Below, in pieces: positions 9,768 through 18,454 of a stretch of DNA of 32,000 nt; positions within the stretch are counted from its first letter, which is position 1, and every line of letters begins with the position of its first letter. The notes under the pieces are model-generated. The model saw only the letters and a list, made by a program, of their open reading frames with translations. It searched no databases and was not told the DNA's origin. The position numbers and the translations under genes were made by a program. The DNA comes from Desulfocapsa sulfexigens DSM 10523 (lineage in GTDB: Bacteria; Desulfobacterota; Desulfobulbia; Desulfobulbales; Desulfocapsaceae), in the NCBI RefSeq assembly GCF_000341395.1, contig NC_020304.1:3090001-3122000 (forward strand), given 5' to 3'.

Positions 9768-11081
9768 ATGGAAACACAGATTGAAATGGCTCGCAAGGCA
9801 ATTATTACCCCGCAAATGACTAAGGTTGCAGAACAGGAAGGACTTGATGCTGAGTGGATTCGTGAACGTGTCGCTGAAGGAAGAATAGTCATTCCTGTAA
9901 ATCCGAACCGTCAGCATCAGAATATTGTCGGAATAGGATTTGGTCTCAGGACCAAGGTGAACGCATCCATTGGCACCTCGTCGGATATTGCTGATAGTAA
10001 TCTTGAGATCCGGAAAGCTCAAGTTGCCGAAGAGGAAAAAGCGGATACGCTTATGGAGCTTTCAACAGGAGGGAATCTTGACGAGGTTCGTCGTTTAGTA
10101 CTTGAAAACTGCAGTTTACCCGTTGGGAATGTCCCGCTTTACCAGGCTTTTGCAGAGGCAAGTAGGAAATACCATAACCCTGGGAAACTCGATAGCGAAC
10201 ATCTGTTTGAAATTATAGAAAAACAATTGGCTGATGGTATTTCCTTTATGGCGATTCATTGTGGAATTAATCGCTATTCCATAGAACGACTCAGAAATCA
10301 GGGCTATCGATATGGCGGCCTGGTTTCCAAGGGTGGTACCTTTATGGTTTCGTGGATGGAATATAATAATTGTGAGAATCCACTCTATGAGCAGTTTGAC
10401 CGGGTCTGTGGCCTGATGAAAAAATATGACTCGGTACTTTCACTTGGCAATGGTATACGGGCAGGGGCCATTCATGATAGTCATGATCGTGCCCAGATGG
10501 CTGAGATGGTCATTAATTGTGAACTGGCCGAAATTGGGCGTGATATGGGGTGTCAGATGATGGTCGAAGGACCTGGACATGTACCACTTGATGAGATCGA
10601 AGGGAATATTATGCTGGAAAAAAGAATGAGTGGAGGTGCACCGTATTATGTGTTAGGTCCACTCCCTGCAGATTCCGGAGCTGGGTATGATCACATTACA
10701 GCAGCCATTGGCGCTGCAAACTCTGCGCGCCACGGTGCAGACCTTATTTGCTATATTACACCGGCTGAACATCTGGCATTACCTAATGAAGAAGATGTTC
10801 GCGAGGGAGTCAGGGCAACACGACTTGCAGCACGGATTGGTGATATTGCCAAGTACCCTGAAAGGAGGGAACTTGAAAAGAAGGTCGCACTTTCCCGTCG
10901 TGATACCAAGTGGGATGAGCATTTTCAATTGCTGATGTTTCCTGACAAAGCACAGGAAATACGTAAATCGAGAACACCAGAAAATCAGAAGACTTGTACT
11001 ATGTGTGGCGATTTCTGCGCCATGGCAAGAGGCAAAGAAATTTTCTCAGGAGATATGAGAGGGGATAAAATAGCAGATTGA
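9768..11081 (+). CDS. bzaF: ThiC-family radical SAM enzyme; probable 5-hydroxybenzimidazole synthase BzaF rather than HMP-P synthase ThiC
   Basis: ThiC-family sequence 'VNASIGTS...FMAIHCGINRY...EGPGHVPLDEI...PLPADSGAGYDHITAAIGAA' and C-terminal cluster motif 'CTMCGDFCAM'. The bzaF assignment rests mainly on cobalamin riboswitch control; SD AGGAGA at ~9755. Confidence 0.75.
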   Translation: METQIEMARKAIITPQMTKVAEQEGLDAEWIRERVAEGRIVIPVNPNRQHQNIVGIGFGLRTKVNASIGTSSDIADSNLEIRKAQVAEEEKADTLMELSTGGNLDEVRRLVLENCSLPVGNVPLYQAFAEASRKYHNPGKLDSEHLFEIIEKQLADGISFMAIHCGINRYSIERLRNQGYRYGGLVSKGGTFMVSWMEYNNCENPLYEQFDRVCGLMKKYDSVLSLGNGIRAGAIHDSHDRAQMAEMVINCELAEIGRDMGCQMMVEGPGHVPLDEIEGNIMLEKRMSGGAPYYVLGPLPADSGAGYDHITAAIGAANSARHGADLICYITPAEHLALPNEEDVREGVRATRLAARIGDIAKYPERRELEKKVALSRRDTKWDEHFQLLMFPDKAQEIRKSRTPENQKTCTMCGDFCAMARGKEIFSGDMRGDKIAD

Positions 11082-11123
11082 GATAGATACCCCTAAAGGA
11101 ATCTGGGTGGAAGTTGAAACCAT

Positions 11124-11165
11124 AAAAAAAGGCCACGCAACTAGTATTGCAGGCCTTTTTTTTTT
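11124..11165. terminator. Bidirectional terminator between convergent genes
   Basis: AAAAAAAGGCC...GCAA-CTAGTA-TTGC...GGCCTTTTTTTTT. Confidence 0.88.
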
Positions 11166-11176
11166 GCATCCTGGAA

Positions 11177-11344
11177 TTATTTCTTCTTCTTTGTTTTTTT
11201 CTTGTCAGATTTTTTACTGTCTTTTTTCTTCTTTTTATCTACCTTCGTCTTGCAGGCTGAATCATCACATGACTTCTTGCATGATTTCTTTTTGGAGTCT
11301 TTTTTCTTTGAATCCTTTTTCTTCTCGTCTTTCTTTTTTGCCAT
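11177..11344 (-). CDS. Small Lys-rich, low-complexity protein, 55 aa from the internal ATG
   Basis: MAKKKDEKKKDSKKKDSKKKSCKKSCDDSACKTKVDKKKKKDSKKSDKKKTKKKK; the ORF track extends upstream to 11395 but ATG 11344 is more natural. Confidence 0.6.
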   Translation of the reverse strand: MAKKKDEKKKDSKKKDSKKKSCKKSCDDSACKTKVDKKKKKDSKKSDKKKTKKKK

Positions 11345-11466
11345 GACAGTGCTCCTGTTTTGAATGAATAGTAAACTTCTTAACTGGGAAAACAATCTAT
11401 CTGGTAATTATCAATACTGATCATATGATTTTTACCAGGTCATTGCAAATTAAAATTATCGTTTTC

Positions 11467-13149
11467 CTAACGGGTCAGTTGACGATATTTTATTCTGTGT
11501 GGCTGGTCGGCTTTCGATCCCAGTCGAGCTTTACGGTCTTTTTCATAATCAGAGTAATTTCCCTCAAACCAGACAACCTTGGAATCTCCTTCAAAGGCGA
11601 GGATATGGGTTGCTATCCTGTCAAGAAACCATCGATCATGGCTGATAACAACGGCGCAGCCACCAAAGTTTTCGAGGGCCTCTTCGAGCGCTCTCAGGGT
11701 ATTAACGTCCAGGTCATTTGTCGGTTCGTCGAGTAACAACACATTCCCGCCTTCCTTGAGCATCTTGGCAAGGTGAACTCTGTTTCGTTGGCCACCAGAA
11801 AGAAGACCGACCTTTTTCTGTTGATCAGAACCTGAAAAATTGAATTTACCAACATAGGCTCTGGAGTTAACCTCACGTTCTCCAAGAATTACAGTCTCCT
11901 GCCCCTCGGAGATTGCTTCCCAAATCGTTGATTCTGGATCAAGGCTATCTCGATTCTGATCAACATATCCAAGCTTTACGGTTTCTCCAAGGCGAATGGT
12001 ACCTTCGTCTGGCGTGTCTTCGCCGGTGATCATTTTGAAAAGAGTTGATTTACCGGCCCCATTAGGACCAATAATTCCAACAATGCCACCTGCAGGGAGT
12101 TTGAAATTCATATTGTCAACAAGGAGGCGGTCACCGAAGGCTTTACGAACGTGATCAGCTTCGATAACAACTTTGCCGAGGCGAGGCCCGGGTGGAATGA
12201 AAATCTGCAGTTCATTGGAAAGTTTCTCGGTGTCCTGATCCATCATTTTCTCATAGGATGCAATACGAGCTTTTGATTTGCCACGACGTCCTTTAGGGGA
12301 CATTTTGATCCACTCAAGTTCTCTTTTCAAGGTTCGCTGCCGACTGCTTTCTTTTTTCTCTTCATTGGCAAGTCGCTTCTCTTTCTGGTCAAGCCATGAG
12401 GAGTAATTGCCCTTCCACGGTATACCACGTCCTCGGTCAAGTTCCAGAATCCATCCTGCGACATTGTCGAGAAAGTATCTGTCATGAGTAACAGCTATAA
12501 CGGTTCCGGCATATTGCTGGAGGTGATGTTCCAGCCAGGCAACTGATTCGGCGTCAAGGTGATTGGTAGGCTCATCGAGGAGTAGGATGTCAGGCTGTTT
12601 AAGGAGAATACGACAGAGAGCGACACGTCGTTTCTCACCACCTGAGAGATGCTTGCATGTGGAGTCTGATGGTGGGCAGCGCAGAGCATCCATTGCCATC
12701 TCAAGTTTGGAATCAAGGTCCCAGGCATCGAGATTGTCGAGTTTTTCCTGTACTTCTCCCTGACGATCTATGAGGGCCTGCATCTCGTCATCATCCATGG
12801 GTTCAGCGAATTTTTCATTAATCCTGTTAAATTCGTTTAAAAGATCAACGGTTTCCTGCGCACCCTCTTCAACAATTTCCTTGACGGTTTTGGCAGGGTC
12901 AAGCTCAGGTTCCTGAGGGAGATAATCAACGGTGAGACCAGGAGACATCATCGTCTCTCCATTGAACTCCTTGTCTATACCGGCCAGAATGCGAAGCAGG
13001 CTACTTTTTCCAGAGCCGTTCAGCCCAAGAACTCCAATTTTTGCTCCATAAAAGTAGGAGAGGGATATATCCTTGAGGATAACCTGGTCGTTATAGGATT
13101 TACTGACTTTAATCATCGAATAGATGACTTTTTTATCATCAACACTCAT
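11467..13149 (-). CDS. ettA: ABC-F protein, energy-dependent translational throttle EttA
   Basis: Two ABC domains (GLNGSGKSSLLRILAG; GPNGAGKSTLFKMITG), signatures LSGGEKRRVALCR and LSGGQRNRVHLAK, and the EttA-typical N-terminus 'VIYSMIKVSKSY'. Confidence 0.95.
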   Translation of the reverse strand: MSVDDKKVIYSMIKVSKSYNDQVILKDISLSYFYGAKIGVLGLNGSGKSSLLRILAGIDKEFNGETMMSPGLTVDYLPQEPELDPAKTVKEIVEEGAQETVDLLNEFNRINEKFAEPMDDDEMQALIDRQGEVQEKLDNLDAWDLDSKLEMAMDALRCPPSDSTCKHLSGGEKRRVALCRILLKQPDILLLDEPTNHLDAESVAWLEHHLQQYAGTVIAVTHDRYFLDNVAGWILELDRGRGIPWKGNYSSWLDQKEKRLANEEKKESSRQRTLKRELEWIKMSPKGRRGKSKARIASYEKMMDQDTEKLSNELQIFIPPGPRLGKVVIEADHVRKAFGDRLLVDNMNFKLPAGGIVGIIGPNGAGKSTLFKMITGEDTPDEGTIRLGETVKLGYVDQNRDSLDPESTIWEAISEGQETVILGEREVNSRAYVGKFNFSGSDQQKKVGLLSGGQRNRVHLAKMLKEGGNVLLLDEPTNDLDVNTLRALEEALENFGGCAVVISHDRWFLDRIATHILAFEGDSKVVWFEGNYSDYEKDRKARLGSKADQPHRIKYRQLTR

Positions 13150-13416
13150 GTTTTTGATCCTGTTTGTTTAGAGAGGTTAAAGGCTGTATTTGCCGGAGAG
13201 AGAAAATCTTTTAATAAGGGAAATGAGACATAATAATCGGATTTTGATGAAAAGAAAAGATTGAAAAGTATCCATCCTCCAAAGTTTCATAAATACGCAA
13301 TTTTGACCCTTGTTACTTGATATGTTAAGAAAAACTGGTAGTATCTACTAATGATGCAAATAAATTTGTCAATCCCTTGAAGCACCCGGGGCAAATATCT
13401 GTCAGACTGAGGTTGT

Positions 13417-15744
13417 ATGAAGATACGGAGTATTATTTTTCTGATTGTTATTGCATTAGGTCTTTTTCCTGTACTCTTTCTTGTTGCTCTTAATTTACCC
13501 AAAACCATGGAAAGATTAGAATATGCGGCAGAACTTGAAACTCAGGCCAGATCCCAGGTGGGGTTTACTCAGCTGAATGCCCGTATACTCTGTTTGAAGA
13601 AAAGTCTTATTCGTTCCGCGACACTTCCCTCCGTTTATGCAGCGATTGAAGATTCATCCGGAATACCTACTTTGTCAAATGTTGTGAAGAGATGGTTTGA
13701 GAATGATGAACAGGTAAAAGGTATGATGCTTTTCAATGCTGATGGAGTCGAACTTCTTTCCCTGCATAGAAAAAACAGTCACTTTGCCCCATCTGATTTT
13801 TCAGAAAATCATAAGGACCACCTGTTTTTTAATCAGTCGCTGCAGGTACCCGATGACCAGGTATTGGTCAGGTTGGTCGATCAGGAAACAGATCCCTTTC
13901 ATCGTACCGGTAAAGAAGAATATGAACTGATTATGTCGACTCCAGTTATCCTGGATAGCGCCGTCGGAGCTATCGGTATTATGTTGATGCGTATTGACAT
14001 GTCACATTTTTTAACAAATTTCACAGATTCTTACTGGGTTACAGGTGACGGCAATTATGTCCGTGGTTGTGTGGCTGACAGTGAATCATCGGATAGAGAT
14101 TCTGGTGAGATCAGTGATTCCTGTAATGCTTTTGATGAGTTTCCCGATCTTAACAGAAGCGTATCCAGAGATCCTATTATATTGTCTGGAAATGATAAAC
14201 GAAAAATAGCCTGGGTTCCTTTGGTCTTCAATAAGGAACACCACGTTGTGATGTGGGTTGGAACGCTGATTGATGACAGTGCAATAAAAAAATGGAAGAT
14301 GACACTTACCGTAAATGTTATTGTGCTCATTGTTGTAATGACCATTCTTGTTTTTATTGCCGCAAACTGGATCTCTGCTAAAATTGAAATTCTTCAAAGG
14401 GATCTCCTGACACGGCTCGATGATATTATAAATAAAGAAAAACGGATCGATTTCCATTGGGGCGGACCTCTGGAATTGCAGAATTTATCACGTGATCTTA
14501 CTGCATTCTCTGAACGCTACAGTTTAACCTGTGAGGCTAGAAACCTTGCCGAAGCCTCTCTGAGTGAAAGCGAAGACAAATTTCGAAGTCTTACCGGATC
14601 TGCACTTGACGGTATAATCCTCATGGATAATGAAGGATATATAACCTATTGGAACGAGGCAGCTGCTACAATATTTGGCTATAGTCCTGAGGAAGCCCTT
14701 CAACATCCCATCCATTCGCTGATTAATCCTCGCCGTGAAGGAGAGGATCTGTCAGTGGAACCCCTGGAAACCGGAAAGTCGGCAGAGAGTTTATCACAGA
14801 CCGTTGAGCTTATCGCACGAAATGAAAAAGGAGATGACGTGTATGTGGAACTTTCACTGTCATCAACTACCATCAAAGGAAAGTGGCATGCCATCTGGAT
14901 CGTCAGGGATATCAGTGAACGGAAGAGGAGTGAGGATGAAACAAGAAAACAGCAGCAGCAACTTCTCCATGCAGATAAGATGATTTCTCTTGGACTTCTT
15001 GTGTCAGGGGTTGCCCATGAAATTAATAATCCCAACTCTATTGCTCTTTTGAATACTCCGATACTCTTTCGTGCCTGGGAGAGTGCAAAGCCTATTTTGG
15101 ATGAGTTTTTTGAAGAAAATGGAGACTTTTCCATCGCTGGCCTGGATTACAGGGAGATGCGTCAACAACTTCCTCGCATATTTTTAGAACTCGAAGAAAG
15201 TGCTCAGCGGATCAAGCAGATTGTTATGGATTTGAAAGATTATGCCAGACAGGAGACCAGTGGCCAATTGGTACCCGTTGATATCACAGAGGTCGTTAAA
15301 TCCGGTATTCGCTTAACATCAAATACCATTCATAAGAGTACCAATAAATTTATAACTCATTTTTCTCCAACACCTCTTATGGTTCTTGGTAATAGGCAAC
15401 GTCTAACCCAGGTTGTTATTAACCTTATTCAGAATAGCTGTGAGGCTCTTGAAACAACAGACATGTCCCTTACTATTTCAACCCGTTATAATAAGGAAGT
15501 TGATGGTGTGGAAATTTCTATAAAGGATGAAGGCACAGGAATAGCCCCTGAGAATTTAAAACAGGTAACAGATCCATTCTTTACGACAAAACGGTCAATT
15601 GGCGGGACAGGATTGGGACTTTCTGTCTCAGCTGGAATAGTTAAAGAACATCACGGAGTAATGGATTTTAAATCTGAGTTTGGAAAGGGGACAGAGGTTG
15701 TTATCGTTTTCCCTGCGTGCCCCGCAGAGAGTAAGGAAAATTAA
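13417..15744 (+). CDS. Membrane sensor histidine kinase with extracytoplasmic sensor region, HAMP-like linker and PAS domain
   Basis: Two TM segments, PAS 'ALDGIILMDNEGYITYWNEAAATIFGYSPEE', H-box 'LLVSGVAHEINNPNSI', G-box 'PFFTTKRSIGGTGLGLSVSAGIV'. Confidence 0.93.
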   Translation: MKIRSIIFLIVIALGLFPVLFLVALNLPKTMERLEYAAELETQARSQVGFTQLNARILCLKKSLIRSATLPSVYAAIEDSSGIPTLSNVVKRWFENDEQVKGMMLFNADGVELLSLHRKNSHFAPSDFSENHKDHLFFNQSLQVPDDQVLVRLVDQETDPFHRTGKEEYELIMSTPVILDSAVGAIGIMLMRIDMSHFLTNFTDSYWVTGDGNYVRGCVADSESSDRDSGEISDSCNAFDEFPDLNRSVSRDPIILSGNDKRKIAWVPLVFNKEHHVVMWVGTLIDDSAIKKWKMTLTVNVIVLIVVMTILVFIAANWISAKIEILQRDLLTRLDDIINKEKRIDFHWGGPLELQNLSRDLTAFSERYSLTCEARNLAEASLSESEDKFRSLTGSALDGIILMDNEGYITYWNEAAATIFGYSPEEALQHPIHSLINPRREGEDLSVEPLETGKSAESLSQTVELIARNEKGDDVYVELSLSSTTIKGKWHAIWIVRDISERKRSEDETRKQQQQLLHADKMISLGLLVSGVAHEINNPNSIALLNTPILFRAWESAKPILDEFFEENGDFSIAGLDYREMRQQLPRIFLELEESAQRIKQIVMDLKDYARQETSGQLVPVDITEVVKSGIRLTSNTIHKSTNKFITHFSPTPLMVLGNRQRLTQVVINLIQNSCEALETTDMSLTISTRYNKEVDGVEISIKDEGTGIAPENLKQVTDPFFTTKRSIGGTGLGLSVSAGIVKEHHGVMDFKSEFGKGTEVVIVFPACPAESKEN

Positions 15745-15768
15745 AATAAACTATACGAAATAGAGATC

Positions 15769-17187
15769 ATGGTTAAAACTTTGTACCCAACATTACCGGT
15801 TTTATTGGTGGATGATGAAAATGCCTGGCTGAACAGTTTTGGACTGACTCTTCAGGTTGCCGGCATTAATAATATAGTGACTTGCAACGACTCCAGAAAA
15901 GTTATGGAGTTGTTGCGTGCTCAGGCCATAAGTGTTCTGGTTCTTGATCTTACCATGCCACACCTTGCAGGCGATGAACTGTTGCCTCAGGTGGTTCTTG
16001 ATTTTCCTGAAGTGCCGGTAATCATTATTACTGGTTTGGATCAGGTTGAAACGGCTGTCTCCTGCATGAAACTCGGGGCTTATGATTTTTTCACAAAAGT
16101 TACCGAAGAAGAACGTTTAGTAACCGGAGTTAAACGGGCAATTACTTTTGGTTTGTTGCGTCGTGAAAACAGTTCGTTGAAGGAGCATTTCTTAAAAGAT
16201 GAACTCCATAATCCCGATGCGTTCTCCCATATTATTACTCATAACAAATCTATGCGTTCAATTTTCCAGTATATTGAAGCCATCGCTACAACTGGTGAGC
16301 CGGTTTTAATAACTGGAGAAACAGGATCTGGGAAAGAACTATTTGCCCAGGCAATTCATTCACTTTCTGGGAGAGCCGGCGAGTTTGTCGCTGTGAACAT
16401 AGCAGGACTTGATGGAACAATGCTTGCGGACACACTCTTTGGCCATAAAAAGGGGGCCTTTTCAGGGGCTGATCAAAGCCGCAAGGGCCTGATTGCCACT
16501 GCGACCGATGGCAGTCTTTTTCTCGATGAAATTGGTGATCTTACTGCCCAATCACAGGTTAAACTTTTGCGCCTGATACAGGAACGGGAATATTATGCAC
16601 TTGGCTCTGACATTGCTCTAAGTACTAATGTACGCATGATATTTGCTACTCATCAAAACCTTGATTCATTGCAGGAGTCAGGGGAGTTCCGTAAAGATCT
16701 TTTTTTCAGGCTTCGAACGCACCATGTGCATATTCCACCTCTTCGTGAACGTCTGGATGACCTGCCGTTACTTTTAGATTATTTTCTGGACGAGGCAGCG
16801 AGCCGATTAAATAAGGCAAAACCTGCCTACCCTAACGAGTTACCTATTCTTTTGGGAACGTATAATTACCCTGGGAATGTTCGAGAATTGCAATCAATGG
16901 TTTTTGATGCCCTTTCTAAGCATCGCAGTCGAACACTGTCAATGGATGTTTTTAAAAAGTATATAGAGAGCAGAATGGGAACAGCCAATGATATTGAAGA
17001 AGAGGTGACTGGCGAAACAGTGTTCAGTATACTTGGAACCCTGCCTACCCTGAAAGCATCCGGGCGCTTACTTGTTAAGGAGGCATTGCACAGATCGCAG
17101 GGAAACCAGGCTATTGCAGCCCAAATGTTAGGTATTACAAGGCAGGCTCTTAATTGGCGGCTGAAGCAACAGTCTGAAAAAGACTAA
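15769..17187 (+). CDS. NtrC-type response regulator (receiver, AAA+, Fis-type HTH)
   Basis: Receiver 'LLVDDENAWLNSFG...VLVLDLTMPHLAG', Walker A 'GETGSGKELFAQ', Walker B 'GSLFLDEIGDL', HTH 'GNQAIAAQMLGITRQALNWRLK'. Confidence 0.94.
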   Translation: MVKTLYPTLPVLLVDDENAWLNSFGLTLQVAGINNIVTCNDSRKVMELLRAQAISVLVLDLTMPHLAGDELLPQVVLDFPEVPVIIITGLDQVETAVSCMKLGAYDFFTKVTEEERLVTGVKRAITFGLLRRENSSLKEHFLKDELHNPDAFSHIITHNKSMRSIFQYIEAIATTGEPVLITGETGSGKELFAQAIHSLSGRAGEFVAVNIAGLDGTMLADTLFGHKKGAFSGADQSRKGLIATATDGSLFLDEIGDLTAQSQVKLLRLIQEREYYALGSDIALSTNVRMIFATHQNLDSLQESGEFRKDLFFRLRTHHVHIPPLRERLDDLPLLLDYFLDEAASRLNKAKPAYPNELPILLGTYNYPGNVRELQSMVFDALSKHRSRTLSMDVFKKYIESRMGTANDIEEEVTGETVFSILGTLPTLKASGRLLVKEALHRSQGNQAIAAQMLGITRQALNWRLKQQSEKD

Positions 17188-17204
17188 AAAACGGGGAGGC
17201 TCTT

Positions 17205-17465
17205 GTGGAAAGAATAGAGTGTCTAATAGAAGGATATATACTGGACTTTGAGCAGGCAAGGGAACTTGGCCGAGTTATAGCAGAAAAAGAAAATGACTTT
17301 GCAACTCTTGTTTCATGGTGTGATCGTGACAAGGGGGTGCATTCACCCTGTTGTCTCAAATGTGAACTGAAAGGGGAGCCGGGATGGGAGGTATATGGGC
17401 GGAATCATGAAGGGCGATTAAGGATCTCCGTAGATAGTGACAGGTTTGTCTTTATCTATTCATAG
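17205..17465 (+). CDS. Small Cys-containing hypothetical protein, 86 aa, probable third gene of the two-component operon
   Basis: ORF begins 17 nt after the regulator stop; motif 'HSPCCLKCELKGEPGWEVYGRNHEG'. Confidence 0.65.
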   Translation: MERIECLIEGYILDFEQARELGRVIAEKENDFATLVSWCDRDKGVHSPCCLKCELKGEPGWEVYGRNHEGRLRISVDSDRFVFIYS

Positions 17466-17535
17466 TCTAATCTGGTAAAACCTTATATGGAATAGAACAG
17501 AGTGTGTTGCGCAAATGCGTTGTGCCATTTAGACA

Positions 17536-17581
17536 ACAAAAAAAGGCCTTCAGTATGCAAGCATACCGAAGGCCTTTTTTT
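17536..17581. terminator. Bidirectional terminator between convergent operons
   Basis: AAAAAAAGGCCTTC(A)GTATGC-AA-GCATAC(C)GAAGGCCTTTTTTT. Confidence 0.92.
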
Positions 17582-17608
17582 ACTTCCATTCCGAAAACAG
17601 ACTGTATT

Positions 17609-18418
17609 TTATTTATTGTCCTTGTCTTCAGAAAGTCCTTTTACAAGCATGGCACCGGCAAGTCCAAGTATGCCGATATCTTTAGCTTTTCTCATAGCAG
17701 GTTTCACCATTGAAGCCATCATGGCACGTCTTTTAACGCTACCCATGTCAGCAAGTTTTGGTGTGTAGTCTGCAAAGAGAAGCCCCATATCCTTTTTGTT
17801 GCCATAGTAGCGAGAGTTAGGACCAATGTGGCCATCTTGTACTTCAAGGCCTTTGGCACCTTTCTTCACGTACTGTGAAACGGCGGAATTAGGATCATCA
17901 AGATCACCGAAAATACGAGCATCGGCAATACATGTTTGAACACAGGCAGGTACAAGGCCCTGGTCAACACGAGGTTTACAGTAAGTACATTTGTCGACCT
18001 TTCCCTCGCTGTTATCGTCAGCTTGGGCAGGATTAACATAACGTGCGCCGTAAGGACAGGCGTCGGCACAGGCACCACAACCAAGACAACGATCCTTGTC
18101 GACTTGTACTGATCCATCAAATGGATCTTTCCAGGTGGCTGCTACCTCTAGAGTGGTAGTTTTTCCTGTTTTAACATCTGTGAAAGTCCTTTCAACGACA
18201 TCTGCAGGACATTCCTCCACACAGGGTGGTTTGTCACAGTGATTACAAAGTCCGGGATAGTAGGTTGAGGCCATTCCATCATCGGTCATGGTTGGGCCAA
18301 GACGTTTTACCCAGTTACGCTGGTAAGGAACTGGAACTTCCCACTCTGCCCGACAGGCAATAGTGCAGGCATGACAGCCGACACAGCGTTCCAGATCTAT
18401 GATCATTCCATATTGCAT
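17609..18418 (-). CDS. 4Fe-4S ferredoxin-type electron-transfer subunit of a molybdopterin oxidoreductase (PsrB/PhsB/DmsB-like)
   Basis: Four Cys clusters: CVGCHACTIAC, CNHCDKPPCVEEC, CLGCGACADACPYGARYV, CTYCKP...PACVQTC. Confidence 0.92.
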   Translation of the reverse strand: MQYGMIIDLERCVGCHACTIACRAEWEVPVPYQRNWVKRLGPTMTDDGMASTYYPGLCNHCDKPPCVEECPADVVERTFTDVKTGKTTTLEVAATWKDPFDGSVQVDKDRCLGCGACADACPYGARYVNPAQADDNSEGKVDKCTYCKPRVDQGLVPACVQTCIADARIFGDLDDPNSAVSQYVKKGAKGLEVQDGHIGPNSRYYGNKKDMGLLFADYTPKLADMGSVKRRAMMASMVKPAMRKAKDIGILGLAGAMLVKGLSEDKDNK

Positions 18419-18454
18419 TGAATATATCCTCCTGAAAAGGCTTAAAAGATAAGA

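Noticed and set aside
11467-13149. ABC ATPase considered as part of an antibiotic-resistance or defence module
   Set aside because: Sequence and length fit the housekeeping ABC-F protein EttA; no partner genes suggest a specialised system.
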